DNA from: Nemertoderma westbladi
Taxonomy: Eukaryota > Animalia > Xenacoelomorpha
Assembly: GCA_032718475.1 (NCBI GenBank)
Contig: JAUCBJ010004470.1
Location: 57,788 to 121,787, forward strand
Length of the DNA: 64,000 nt
Direction of reading: 5' to 3'
The notes under the pieces: generated by a model
What the model saw: the letters and a program-made list of their open reading frames with translations, nothing else
Told to the model about the DNA's origin: nothing
The model's database searches: none
Position numbers and translations under genes: made by a program
Part shown: positions 27,340-39,489 of the stretch, one piece after another
Numbering within the stretch: position 1 is the stretch's first letter
Layout: each line of letters opens with the position of its first letter

Positions 27340-30300
27340 CTATTCGTAACGGATTTTGTCGCTGCGAGGAAAGGACGTATTTTCGGCGAATAATCGAGCG
27401 ATTGGGGACGGGACTTCGGGTAGGATTACCTCCGACGAGCGATCGAAGATAGAACTGCAATACAAGTAGCTGGCGTCGATATGTAGCAGTTGGTCGAGGC
27501 GGTCCGATACGGAGACCGTGCTGTTAGCTAAGACCCTCGTCTCCAGTGCACCAGGACGGTGGTGGTGGAGGGGTTCCCCGTGGTGCGGTGCGCTGGTGGA
27601 CTCCCGGTGGTGGTGGTGTGGTGCACCGGTGGACCCACCGTTAAGCATCCCGCAGGTAGAGCACTCCCCTTCCCGACCGAGTAGATTCTCTTGGAGTAAG
27701 TACAACTCGTCGGAGTGGTGGGAACGGGGGACTTCCCCCCAGAGGGGGGGCACCGGGTGGGGGGTGGACCAGGACGCCACCGGGGGGTTGGGACCGGACC
27801 AGTTACGCGGACTCGAACTGGCCGAGTTGGACGCGAAACCCTCGGAGTTGAGCGAGTTATCCGAACTGGAGCAGTCCACGGCGGCGTCTTCCTCCAGGGG
27901 CCAGGAGGGGTCCCGATAGCCGGCGTAGTACTGGTACCCGGGGTGGTAGTAGCTGACGCCGCCCTCCTCGGGCTCCGCGCCGCCGCACAACGCCTCGGTC
28001 CACAGCATCATGGACTCGAGATCCATCGAGTTGTCCGCGAGGTGCTCGAGGATGTCGTCCTCGACGCGCAACCGCTCATCGACGGCGGGATGGCACAGCG
28101 AGATGTTCCCGCCGATAGGGAGCCGTCGGGGGTCCGCTGCGGGGGGAGCGGGGAGCGAGGAACGCCGTGGAACGCGTTCCGACACGTTGAGTTTCTTTAT
28201 CCGCGCGTGGGAACAAACGTTGGAGGACTGAACGTCGCCGCTCGCCGTCAAACTGGCAGACCTGCCGCTCTTCTGTTTGGATTTCCGATGGTCTTTTATT
28301 TCCCGACGAATCGCCTTCATAAAATTCGACTTGGACTTCAAATCTTTGCTGCACAACTTGTAGACTTTATCGGTTCGACTTCGCTCTCTAACTTTCCCCG
28401 TGTGAATCAACTCCCAAAGAAACTTCTTCTCGATATCGACGTTGACGCCGTCCTGCGTTTGAACGTTGTTGATCGGGATGAGTCTACGAAACTTTATCGA
28501 TAAATTCTTATTATTTCCCGCGGATCCGGTTTTCTTCTTGCTTCTCTCCTCCTTGACGAGCAGCACGATGGCCTGCCGGAACACGAAGCAGTGGAGCAGC
28601 GGATACCGCGCGGGTTTGCTGCTCTTCCCCCCGCCGAGGTCCTCGTTCGAGTTGAGCCAATAAACCGAGCCGAACATGACGAGGTCGGCGCTCGCCAACC
28701 GCTCCACCACCATCTCGTCCTGCTCGCCGAGTAACTCCTCGAAGACGTCGGCGTAGTTGCTGTTGATGTACTGGATGTCGTTGATCCCGATGGCGACGCC
28801 CTCGAGGGCGGCGAGGGCCTCGAGGAGACTCCGTCGGGGTTCCGGGTTGCCGGCCGACTCCACGAGGTGGAGCAGTTGCCGGAGGAACAGCGGGTACTTG
28901 AGGAGCCGTTGGATCGGCTTGATGAGGTACGAATCCGGGGATACGTCGTGCTGCCCCGTGGGGTTGCAACTCAGCAGGAAGTCCTGCAACTTGGGGTTCT
29001 CCTTATAGGAATGGAAGACGACGGAGTTCTTTGTGTAAACGTCGCAGAACTTACTGTAGCAGGAAAGCATCGCCTCCCCGGTGCAAATCTCCTTGAACTG
29101 AATGGCGAGACGGAATAAAAGCTGATCGAACTGCGGCAATTCCGTGTAATTCGAACAGGAATCCTCTAAACCGATGATATCCGTTAAATTCTCGTGGAAA
29201 CTCGCGTGGAACGCGACCAACTCGTTGAGGGCGAGGGACAAACTCGCGAAATGTGCGGAGGGATCTCCGAGATCGAGTAGAGCCGCCCCGGGAAGGAGGT
29301 AGACCTCGAGGAAGCGGGAGAGGTCCTTCGTGTAGAGCGCCTCGGTGTCTCGCAGCTCGTAGAGGATGCGAGCCGCCTTACCGGCGCCGTTGAGTGGGGG
29401 TGGAGGAGGTTGCGCCGGCTCGGGGAGCTGCGCCGGTTCAGGGAGCTCCGCGAGGGGGCGCACGGACGACTCGAGGATATCCACGACGGCATCGATGTCC
29501 TCCAGTAAGACGTCGACCTCCTGGCTGGTAACGCCGACGGGGAAGTCGTCCTCGGCGCCGCACGCCACCCGCGCCACACCGCGCGCCACCGCGCTAAGTG
29601 GCAGCGACCCCCCGTCGTCGCCAACCAACGTCGACGTCTTCAGTATGAGTGTCAACGACTCCCGCTGCATGATCTCCTCGATGTAGAGGACGTCGAGGCC
29701 GGTGACCGGCTTGTCGCCAATCGCGAGAACTTCGTCCTCCACCGCCAACCCCAACCGCAACGCGACGCTGTTCGGTTTCACGTCGGTTATGTAAATACGC
29801 AGCCGGTTATCCGAGGTATTCGCATCCAACTCGAAGTGTGGCTGTATGGAGAACCCGTAGGCCTTGTCCGTCGGGGATTTCTTTAACGAAACCAACCGGA
29901 ACAACTTCTCCTTAACTTCGACTTCCCGGCATTTAAGATCCTCCAATAATGTCTGGGATCCCGGGATCGAATGGGTTCCGTCTTCTTCGCTGTTGTTAGA
30001 TACTTTTACCCGAAGGAAGAAGTTCTTGGAGTCCATCTGCCGCTTCGCGCAGCACTTCTCTAACAGCTGTTTGGAGGTCATCCCGCTGGCGACTTTCACC
30101 ACGGTCCACTGGTTGTGGGGCAGCTTTATCTTGGCGAGTTTGTTGGGGGAGAGGACGTGGTCCCACACGACCGGCGGCCGCTCCTGGGTGCCGCTCAGGG
30201 GCGCGGCGTGCCCGGCCGAGGGATCCGTCTCCAACGCGTCGTCGTACCCCCCGTGATCCCGGACGGAGGCGAGGGAATGCAGCGCGGTTACCGAGGAGGT

Positions 30301-31509
30301 CTCCAACCGGAGTAGCGCCTGCGTCGTCGAATCGGAGACGGTCGCCATGATGTCATCGGAGTCCGGGAGCGGCAGGTCGGGGTCGACGGCGGACAGATAG
30401 CAGAGCAAGGCGAACCGACGAACGCGAAGGCGTTCCAATACCTCAACGGAGTCTCGGAGGCGTTTATAGTGAAGCCGCTGGCCGTCGGCTGCGATGTTAC
30501 CAGATATCTTTACCTCCCTATCGATCTCTGTCTCGATCTCCTTGGAATACCTCTGGAGACTCGATACCAGCTCCTTCGAGGAGCTCCTCTTTGAATCCTC
30601 CTCTTTGAATCTCTCCTTCACGTAGATTAACCCGCTGCCTCGGTTGATTATCCCTACTAAGTTAACGGCGTCTTCCTCCGAGGCGGTTTGTATAAAGTAA
30701 AGATCGCCGGTAGCGGCGCTAATAGAGATGATATTGGGCCGCTTCTTATACTGAGCCTCGGGATATGATAAACAGCTGGAAATGTCGATGGATACCTTCG
30801 CTTTTCCGCCGCCAACCAGCACGGTATTGCTCGCAAACTCGCTATCAACTGCATAAAACAACAATTTAGTGCCACTCAGTATCGACCAATACTTTTTCCA
30901 CGACCTTCGAATTTTTGAGGCCATCTCAAGTTTTTGTTTGTTGTTATTTAACAACAACAACTTAATGTTTAACCACCCCAAGACAACGGTACTTGCTTCG
31001 CTTTGCTGTTCCTCGGGAATTTCGACGCAGTTACTTGAGAGAGAAGGCCCGTTTGAGTTTAATTCCGCTTGCGGGATACCCAACCCCGTTATTGAGCAGG
31101 AAGAAGTGCCGGTGTCGTCGCCACCACTAGCACTGAAATCCGACGATGTCGGTCGACTGCACGCGCTGTCGCTACTCCGAGAGTTTCTGTTTGAGGACAT
31201 CATGCTGTCGGTGTCTATATCGCGGAAGTGAACGTGTTGGCGTATCATGTGCTGGGATGGGTTGAGCTCGTTGTTACTCCCCCTTTCGGGTGCCCCTCCA
31301 TGTTGGACCGTGTCATCCCCAGTGCCGTCGAGTCCCTCGTCTGAAGGACTCGCGAGCACCTGCGACCGCTTTGGGTGGGCATTCTGTAGGAAACTATCCG
31401 ATGCGTGACGCGAGATGTGGGGGACTGACAGTTCACCCTGGTAAAATATTACGTCTTCAATTTCAGAGCCACAAACAGGAGAAGTACTGGTATGACGAAT
31501 TCGATTCAT
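27340..31509 (-). CDS. TIAM1: TIAM1/still life-family Rac guanine nucleotide exchange factor (PH-CC-Ex, RBD, PDZ, DH-PH), uninterrupted ORF
   Basis: PH (RRSWKKYWSILSGTKLLFY), coiled coil, RBD (KIKLPHNQW..V.V..GMT..QLLE..C.KRQMD), PDZ (YGFSI, IYITDVKPNSVA..LGL.VEDEVL.I), DH (ELRDTEALYTKDL, SYLIKPIQRLLKYPLFL), second PH (CFVFRQAIVLL, FLWELIH). The true start could lie further upstream. Confidence 0.92.
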   Translation of the reverse strand: MNRIRHTSTSPVCGSEIEDVIFYQGELSVPHISRHASDSFLQNAHPKRSQVLASPSDEGLDGTGDDTVQHGGAPERGSNNELNPSQHMIRQHVHFRDIDTDSMMSSNRNSRSSDSACSRPTSSDFSASGGDDTGTSSCSITGLGIPQAELNSNGPSLSSNCVEIPEEQQSEASTVVLGWLNIKLLLLNNNKQKLEMASKIRRSWKKYWSILSGTKLLFYAVDSEFASNTVLVGGGKAKVSIDISSCLSYPEAQYKKRPNIISISAATGDLYFIQTASEEDAVNLVGIINRGSGLIYVKERFKEEDSKRSSSKELVSSLQRYSKEIETEIDREVKISGNIAADGQRLHYKRLRDSVEVLERLRVRRFALLCYLSAVDPDLPLPDSDDIMATVSDSTTQALLRLETSSVTALHSLASVRDHGGYDDALETDPSAGHAAPLSGTQERPPVVWDHVLSPNKLAKIKLPHNQWTVVKVASGMTSKQLLEKCCAKRQMDSKNFFLRVKVSNNSEEDGTHSIPGSQTLLEDLKCREVEVKEKLFRLVSLKKSPTDKAYGFSIQPHFELDANTSDNRLRIYITDVKPNSVALRLGLAVEDEVLAIGDKPVTGLDVLYIEEIMQRESLTLILKTSTLVGDDGGSLPLSAVARGVARVACGAEDDFPVGVTSQEVDVLLEDIDAVVDILESSVRPLAELPEPAQLPEPAQPPPPPLNGAGKAARILYELRDTEALYTKDLSRFLEVYLLPGAALLDLGDPSAHFASLSLALNELVAFHASFHENLTDIIGLEDSCSNYTELPQFDQLLFRLAIQFKEICTGEAMLSCYSKFCDVYTKNSVVFHSYKENPKLQDFLLSCNPTGQHDVSPDSYLIKPIQRLLKYPLFLRQLLHLVESAGNPEPRRSLLEALAALEGVAIGINDIQYINSNYADVFEELLGEQDEMVVERLASADLVMFGSVYWLNSNEDLGGGKSSKPARYPLLHCFVFRQAIVLLVKEERSKKKTGSAGNNKNLSIKFRRLIPINNVQTQDGVNVDIEKKFLWELIHTGKVRERSRTDKVYKLCSKDLKSKSNFMKAIRREIKDHRKSKQKSGRSASLTASGDVQSSNVCSHARIKKLNVSERVPRRSSLPAPPAADPRRLPIGGNISLCHPAVDERLRVEDDILEHLADNSMDLESMMLWTEALCGGAEPEEGGVSYYHPGYQYYAGYRDPSWPLEEDAAVDCSSSDNSLNSEGFASNSASSSPRNWSGPNPPVASWSTPHPVPPLWGEVPRSHHSDELYLLQENLLGREGECSTCGMLNGGSTGAPHHHHRESTSAPHHGEPLHHHRPGALETRVLANSTVSVSDRLDQLLHIDASYLYCSSIFDRSSEVILPEVPSPIARLFAENTSFPRSDKIRYE

Positions 31510-32126
31510 TGCGTAAACACATCTAGACTACTGGACTAGCTGTACTCAGGTACTGGCGATATGATGGAAACGGCGATAGCTTACAATGTTGTTGACAGAT
31601 ATTACTGGATTATGGCTGTATGGTGGGTCTATCAGGGTGTCTATTGTACTGTCTGACTGTGGGCGTGGGGCAGGGCAGTGCAGCAGTGGACTGGTGGGGT
31701 AGTACGCCTATAATGTATAGTATAATTATATAAGGATGTGTGCAAGCAGATGTTGAAATATACAGATATAGGCTATATAACATTTAAGGCATAGGCAGAT
31801 AGGCAGTCGGGGAGAAGTTCAAATTTCAACTGAGTTGAAATTTAAAACTTTTTATTTTAATTCAACTTTTAAGTTGTAAATACAACTCTAAAATAGCAGA
31901 GGCTCAGAAGGGCCCCAAGAATTATTATTATTATTATTGTTTTTATGGATGTAACTCGAAAAATTAACCCTCATTACCGATGGAATAAAAACTTTCACCG
32001 TCGGGTATACTTTTTTTTTAAAACATTTTATTTAAGTGATTACATTTGCAAATTAGCTGAAATACTACGGGAATTTATTAGATGTATGAAATTACCGCTG
32101 TTTGTCATAATTATTATACAATGGAA

Positions 32127-35100
32127 TACCGTCGTCTGGGGTGAAGTGAAACAAAATTGTTGGTTTTTTTTAATTTTCTCAAATACATAATACTCCATAC
32201 AGCCGATTTTGAGGTGTTCAACAGGGAATATTACTTATAAGTAATATCAGAATGGTAATACAGATAAATCTGTTATTTCTATAGAAAAAGACAGCAAAAA
32301 GATGCTGTTTTCCAACTTTTTTTAAAAAAAGTATTGCTGTTCCACTTCACCTCATGGGATGGGGTGGGGTCAAGTGGAACAGGAGTGAAAGGCAGAAAGT
32401 TTGGCAATAATTATATATATTTTCCACTTATTACAGGTTATGTATGGGGTGGAGTAGAACAAAAATAAATATTTTTAAAAAACTCAAAATTCAAAAAAAT
32501 TACAAAAAAATCTAAATTTAGACAATTTAACTTTAATATTTAATATTGCTGGCCAACAGGCCCTATCTATAGTAAACACTAACTATTGACACTGTTAAAA
32601 CGATATCGATACAGTGCCCACTGGTTGCAGGGTTGTATTAATTGTAAACATGTATATTGCATATGGGACATTATTGCATAAAGTTAAAAATATTGCAAAA
32701 TTTACTAAAACTAAAATTAACAAAAGTAAAAGCAAATAATTAGGATTAACGTTTAACAATATTGCATATAGTACAGAACATTGCAAAATTTACTAAAACT
32801 AAAAGTAAGAAAAGTAAAAGCATATAATTAGGATTGATGTTTAACAATATTGCAGTTTATATTACAGCTATTAAGCAACTTTCATTGTTACAGTTACTTA
32901 TTGCGGGTTTGGCTGGGTCTGACTAAAGCATACCAATATTATGGGTGTAAGCTGAGTGAATTGCCTTTTCTGTGGCTGAATCTACTTTGTATGAGTTTCT
33001 ACTGATAGTTGGAATAAGGAGATCACCATACATAATTCCCAGGATATTATTTAGTGGCACTTTTGCCTTCTCAGCAATTGATGGCCAGAACCAAAACTTA
33101 TGATTATCCCGTAGCACTTGAGCCATAAAAGACACTTCTATGTCACCAGACTGCTCACAGATACGACAACTTCGCCAACATACCAATCTCTATCGTAAAC
33201 AACAGCCACAACTATGCCGACCTTGAAATCCTCCAATGAATTGAATTTCTGAAGAGCAATATTTTCATATCCTTTGTATGGTTCATTACATTCAAACTCC
33301 ACTGGATCAGTGCTACCACTGTCAGAGATACTAGATTGGTCTTCATCATGTGAATCTTTACTTCCATCAGTACTACTATCTTCTTCTGACTCTGCTATAT
33401 CTTGGCTGTGAAAGACAGGGGGGTGTTCAATCGTCCCTTGACTCGGACCCACGTCATCAGTATCATCCACGTGCTGGAGGTCCCTAAGACCAATGCGTCT
33501 TCCTGGCGGAACTGTAAGCTTCTTCTTGCGCTTGCGTCTTGGGTTTATCCCCTGCTAGCCTAAGTTCTTGGAGAACTTGAACAAATGCCTGGTCCATATT
33601 GCTTTCAATGCCCGCGTTCACAGTGTGGGGCAGTCTTGCTAACACCTGATTCCTATCGAGTGGAAATATTCCTGTCTTTCGAAATCCTGCTATTAGTGAA
33701 GAATTATTCACAATAGCCTCACCTGGCTCCTTTCCTGGTATAGGAATAAAACTTGAGTCTTCTTCTTGGAGCCAGATTATTAGTTTCTTTAATAATTTCG
33801 GAAATTGGTCCTTTGGCAGTGATGCTTGCCTCTTTCCTTCAGGGCTTTCTTTGAATGTAGTCAACATGGCCCGCCACTTACGTTTAAGAGGACCAAAGAA
33901 TGACACATCTAAAGGGTGCATCAGGTGTGTTGAATTTGGTATAAGGCAGATTAATTTTATATTGTATTCAACGCATTTGCTTATGACCTCAGGAACTAAA
34001 TGGCTCGATAAGTTATCTCCAATCAGGGCTTTGGGGACATTTTTCGGAAATCGCTTAAAGTAAGGCAGTGCAATCGATGTGAACCAGTCATTGAAGCAAC
34101 AAGCATCAAACCATCCTGATTTTGATCTATTATAACGTGTATTGCGTAACCCTCCCTCCATCCACTGGTCCCATAAGTTTTCTGACTTATATACAACATA
34201 AACAGGTAACAGTGTTCCTGTTGCACTTCCAGCCATCATAATGGAAATCGCTGACTTGGAAGAATTAATGACTCTTTCTGGGTATTTCACTCCTCTTTTC
34301 ACAACAACCTTCTTACGCCCAGGATCATCTGTTAGATGCTTTCATCATAGTTGACGATTCTTTCCGGAGCTATACCATCTAAGGCTTGAGTAAGGTTGTC
34401 GAAATACTCGTTTACAGGTTTATGGCTGGAGCATCAATAGCCGCCCTAACTCTTTTTATATTTTGACAAAGGCGATTACTCAGCACCATCTTGTGACGAT
34501 GAAGAAATGACCTTCCCCACTCCACACCAGGAACATTGTTGCAGAACTTTTGTATAACACGACCCTGTCTGTCTAAATAGGCCTTTGCCATATATCGTAT
34601 ATCAAATAGGGTCATAGGGAATCCCCACCCTGCACAAATCAGGTACAAACTGCCATAAGACCCCTGTTGTTGTTTGTGCACTTTTCTATATATCGTCGCC
34701 TTCGGTATATGGAACTCCTGCTCTATCTCCCTATACTGCTACCGGTATATGTTTTCCCAGCCAACTTGGCTCGAACAGCCCTCTCAACATCTTGATCACG
34801 GTAATTGCGAAAAGTCTTGGTACCAGGTATGTGCTTGTAAAATCTGACCATGCTTGGATGGAATAGGCTAAAATTCAAAGATATATATCAGATACCTGCA
34901 GTTGTCAGAGTCTTGTTTATTCAAATCCAGATTATCAAATAATGGAGGATAATCAAATAATAAAATAATAAGGATTTTACTTATCGTGCTTATAATTAAA
35001 TGATTAATTTTAATGTTTTACTGTACTGTTGCCACATCCGGCGTAATAAACAAATATACAGATATATAAATTATCAAATAAAGCAAAATTAGAAGCCTAC

Positions 35101-35290
35101 TCTAGTCTAGAACCAAAGCCTAGCCTACCTGTGTAGGCATACGGCATACCAAGACATTCATGCTACCGGTACATAAGGCCTATGACTTAAGAAAAACAAA
35201 AGTAAACAAACCAAAGGATTATTGACAATGATGTAATGTTCCACTTCACAGCTTCACCCCTTTTTCTGTTTCACTTGACCTCACTTTAGA
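32127..35290 (-). mobile_element. pogo/Tigger-type (Tc1/mariner superfamily) DNA transposon, decayed
   Basis: One TIR-like end TA-ccgtcgtctggggtgaagtgaaaca at 32127. Repeated gttccacttcacc/ggggtcaagtggaac motifs near 32340-32460 and 35240-35285. The other TIR is not visible. Confidence 0.75.
32923..34851 (-). pseudogene. pogo-type transposase (HTH_psq, CENP-B HTH, DDE_1), frameshifted
   Basis: MVRFYK...start, WGFPMT.FDIR, W.RSFL.RH, IVNYDE, SKSAISIMMAGSATG.LLP.YVVYK, SKSGWFD..F.DWF, LIGDNLSSH, NSTHLMHPLDVSFFGPLKRKW, GFRKTGIFP. Confidence 0.9.
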
Positions 35291-35453
35291 AAACATACAT
35301 TTTAATAGATTTTACTTGGTAATTAAAGGTTTCCACCAAGTAAAAATCAAAGCAGTATAACATATGGTCAAGTAAAAATACATAGCATTGCAGCATTGTC
35401 ATCAGGTTACATATTTGGTTGTACCAGATGTAATTTTCAGAACTAAAATTTTA

Positions 35454-36391
35454 ACGGTCCGACGAATCTGTACAAAAAAGTACAATATAGTACAAAAGAG
35501 TACAATAAAGTGCAAAAATAGTACAAAAAGAGTGCAAAAATAGTACAAAACAGTACAAACGAGTGATAAACGTGTATACCAGTGTAGTATACACTACACT
35601 TGTATATAAATATAATTAATTGTAAGCAAATGCAACAGGACCGAAATATGCGCCGCTACAGTGTCAATCACTAGCGGCCTTGGTTCTGTGGTCAGTACGA
35701 AATAATTGACAGAACTTTGATTCATGTCGATTTTGACTGGCTTACAAGTAGAGATAGGCTACAGTCTGACAGTTCGTATAATAATATAATGTGTAATACA
35801 ATATACCTAATGCAATATACTATGCAGAGGGTACCGGTAGATAAAACTCCTCCTATAACTGAGACTCAAAATTTAGGTCATAGTCTTAAAGTAGGCTAGC
35901 CCATATACTGAAGGATAGACTGTATGCTACATTATGTAGGCTAGGTATGTCTGTCTGTATGTACACCTCTATCTGCAACTTTATTGAGTTCTCCCTCTGC
36001 AATTTTGCGTGCTTGGGACTGTTTTTTGTGTGTTTTGAACACAAAAGGCTGCATTAAAACTCATAAGATTGTATTGTAATAGGGGCACTCTCTGACTGCT
36101 AGACAGCTAGATCAGCCCCCGCTCAATGCATGCCTCGCCACACAAATCAGACAATGCTTTGTTTTATTTTGCACATTCTGACATTGTGTGCGCCCCTCTA
36201 AACGATTTGAACTACACTTGGATACACGTTTTGCAAGCATTCCTCACTCGTTTGTACTCTTTTGTACTATTTTTGCACTCTTTTGTACTATTTTTGCAAC
36301 TTATTGTACTCTTTCAGTCTTTTGTACTATCCACTATATTGTACTATTTTGTATTTTTTTGTACTTTTTTGTACAAATTCGTCGGACCCGT
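35454..36391. mobile_element. MITE/foldback with long TIRs built of gtacaaaa subrepeats
   Basis: acggtccgacgaatctgtacaaaaaagtac...agtgtagt versus actacac...gtactttttgtacaaattcgtcggacccgt. Confidence 0.75.
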
Positions 36392-36929
36392 CTCACACAC
36401 ATGGAAATCCATCTTGCTAATGATTGTTGTTCACTAACTGACTAATGGTGAGCCAATCGCAGTGTCTCGCCCCACACACCACAATACAATAGTCTTAGCA
36501 AAATTGTCTGCTCAATGACTGGGAGTCTATGGCTGTAAGAGGATCGTGAGTTTTTCATCGACTTATTCGCCCTCGCCCTATGCTGATGTGTTTCTGTTTA
36601 TGTACAAAATTTTCTTCCCGCTACGCTCGAGGTTTTTCTTTTTACTAGAATTGATTCATTTAAGGCCTAATCAATTTGTCAATCGCCATACTGGCTTAAA
36701 TAAGAATAACTACTGGCAAAAACTATACAGTAATAATGACTGACAGACTGAATGAGCATACAGTACAGGCAAAGGATGTGGAGTGCAACGGGCACAGGCA
36801 GACAGGCACCAGGGCACCTTATAGTTTATACTTATATTGGGCAGTCAGGCTCTACAGTCAGACGAGACAGGAGGTACGGTAGGCATGCAGTTCAAAATTT
36901 TACACATGCATTTTTTGTTGGCCAATAAA

Positions 36930-38365
36930 TTTTTCAGGCGTGCACAACAAATTTTTAAGGCGTGTACTGGTCAACCGTGCGTGCATTCTGCTGTTCTGGC
37001 ATCTGGCGTTACCGCATACCGGTCCCGCCTCTATGGAATCCATCCAAAAAGTGCGCCGGATAGCGCGCCGACCAATTTTTATGCGCGCCGCGCGCCGATG
37101 CCATTTCGAAGAAAAACCCTGCGGCTGCGCCACTAAATTTTTAAGCACGCCGATGCAATTTTGAAAAAAACCCGCGCCAACTAAATTTTTAAGCGCGCCA
37201 CACATTGAAACAATTTTGAAGAGCGCCATGCCAATGCAAATTCAATTTTGAAGGAGTGTAACCAATCTGTCAATGTCAGTCAGTCAGTACTGCTGTACCA
37301 GTCTGCCAGTCCCTGCTGCCCTATATAACAGTTGCCTAACCAGTGGTTAGGCAACTGTTGTAAACTTTCTTTTTCTGTTGTATGGTTCAATGGTTAGTAA
37401 CCACTGAACCATACAACAGAAAAAGAAAGGCGAGCGAAGCGAGCCGAAATTTTTAAACAGCTAATGCAATTTTTAAGGCACTTCCATAGCCTAACTGCCT
37501 AATTGTTAAACCTGTAAACTAACAAATCGGCGCCGGTTTTTATTTTTGGGAGCGCCACGGGCAGACGGGCCAAAGCCGGCGCGCTTTACGATTTTCGAGC
37601 GCGCCACGCGCCAAAGTCGGCGCGCTTTACGATTTTCGAGCGCGCCACGCGCCACATTGGCGCGCTTTTATTGCAAAGTGCGCCGGATTAATCCGGCGCA
37701 AAGTGTATGGATTCCAGTCTGGCTGGTCATTCAGGTGTGTACAACAAATTTTTCAGGCGTGCACTGGTGCGTGCACTTGCCAAACTCTGCTACCTGGCTT
37801 GAAGGTCAAGATAAATTAGTCCCAACTACATCTGTACATGTAGCCGTTCAAATGTCAAACAGTCAAATGAATGACCTATATTTTTAACAGTTTAACTACA
37901 TTAGGCCTACTGTACTATTCCTGTATTCTTCTGTCTTCGGTGTAAATTTTTTTGTTAAATTTTTAAATATACTGATAGCTGATAGGCCTATAGCGCTATA
38001 GGCCTAGTTTTTTATGTTTAATTAATTGTTGTACTACCGGTACCTGACTAAAGGTACGGCCTGTACTGCTGTATGGAATCCATCCAAAAAGTGCGCCGGA
38101 TAGCGCGCTGCGCACCGATGCAATTTCGAAGCCTCAAACCCCGCACCAACGAAATTGTTAAGCGCGCCGCACATAGAAACAATTTCGAAGGAGCGCCACG
38201 CCAATGTAATATCAATTTAGAAGGATTGTAACCAGTCTGCCATCTGCCAATGTCAGTACTGCTGTCAGGCTGTACCTGTCCCTGTACAGCAGTAACCATA
38301 CAACAGAAAAAAGAAAGGGAGGGAAGCGAGCCGAAATTTTTAAACAGTTAATGCAATTTTTAAGG
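36930..38365. repeat. Cluster of rearranged GC-rich dispersed repeat modules (gcgcgcc-rich)
   Basis: tatggaatccatccaaaaagtgcgccggatagcgcg at about 37032 and 38072; gcgagccgaaatttttaaacag at about 37439 and 38326; internal palindromes. Confidence 0.6.
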
Positions 38366-38697
38366 TAACCTATAGTTACTCTCAGTATCTTTTACATCTT
38401 GTAAAATATTATGAAATATTAAAAATAGCTCATTATCTTATTACTTATCCCTGAGTTGATGTGTGAATTTCGTAAATCCCACCAATAATATTTAGTATAT
38501 AAACCATTTACTCTGCAAAGTTTCTGCACTCTACAAATAGGATAAAATTTAGAAGAAGAATTCTTAACTCATCAATACATGATAGACAAGTCCTACATAT
38601 ATGACAATCAAATGGTTTTAAATAAGAATAACAACAACAACAATTTGTATTTATTAAAATATTAATAATATTTTAAATTATATACGAATTACATAAC

Positions 38698-39213
38698 TTA
38701 TTCACAAAATAATTTATAAACAATAGCAAATACAAATGGTTGAGTCATCGATACTATCTTACCAGTATGAAAAATACTAAAATATGATTTGTTTATGAAG
38801 CATCCTATACCGCAAAATAGTTCAGGGTTATAATCCAAATGAAAACTATCATTATTTATTTTAAAATTTCCACATTTCTGTAGACATTTTCTAAAGTCTA
38901 TTTTGTGAATTATGATACGAGTTTCAGATTTAGTTTTAAATTCGCTATTTTCAACCTGGCTGCCTGGTAAGGCTTTTGATATAATCAATTTGTAGAGGTA
39001 TATAACTGCATACATAATTGTTATAGCACCACATTCAGAAAACATAAAAGTTGCCTCTTGTATACAAAAAATTAACATTTTAGGTTTTGTTACCAAATGA
39101 CCACCTATTTGTTTAGATAACTGTATTAAATCTAGTTTTGAAGAGAAATTTGCAGAATATTGTCTATTAACAATTTGAATTAGCGTACTAGAACTCGCTT
39201 GTTTTTTCTTTCT
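38698..39213 (-). pseudogene. Divergent TATA-binding-protein (TBP-fold)-like gene inside a Polinton-like remnant
   Basis: The open frame extends upstream of the ORF call: IQIVNRQYSANFSSKLDLIQLS...TFMFSECGAITI...KIDFRK...DYNPELFCGI...FSIFHTGKIV. It resembles both TBP repeats (QNIVSTVNLGCKLDL; SYEPELFPGL...LIFVSGKVV). Confidence 0.65.
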
Positions 39214-39489
39214 TTAATGTTGTATTATCTGTTTTTTGAGTTTTTCTGGAAATATAATAAGTAGATTAATAATAATAATAATATATACTTAGTCTATATT
39301 AGTGGTTATTTATATTATCATTATCACTATCATTGTCACTATCACTATAATGGTTATGGTCATTGTCACCGTCATTGTTAACTGTTAATGTTGCTATTGT
39401 CATTGCTAATAGTGGTAGAATTTCCTTGTTGCTGCCCAAAAAAACAGTTGAGGAGCAATGGTTTTAAGTAAAATCGGTCTATTTAACTG

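Noticed and set aside
27518-31526. Antisense and alternative-frame ORFs over TIAM (also over CPEB1 and BEL pol)
   Set aside because: Expected shadow ORFs in GC-rich coding DNA; no recognisable motifs.
38698-39213. Host TBP/TRF2 gene
   Set aside because: Too divergent from the highly conserved cellular TBP core and embedded in a pPolB remnant, so no gene symbol was assigned.
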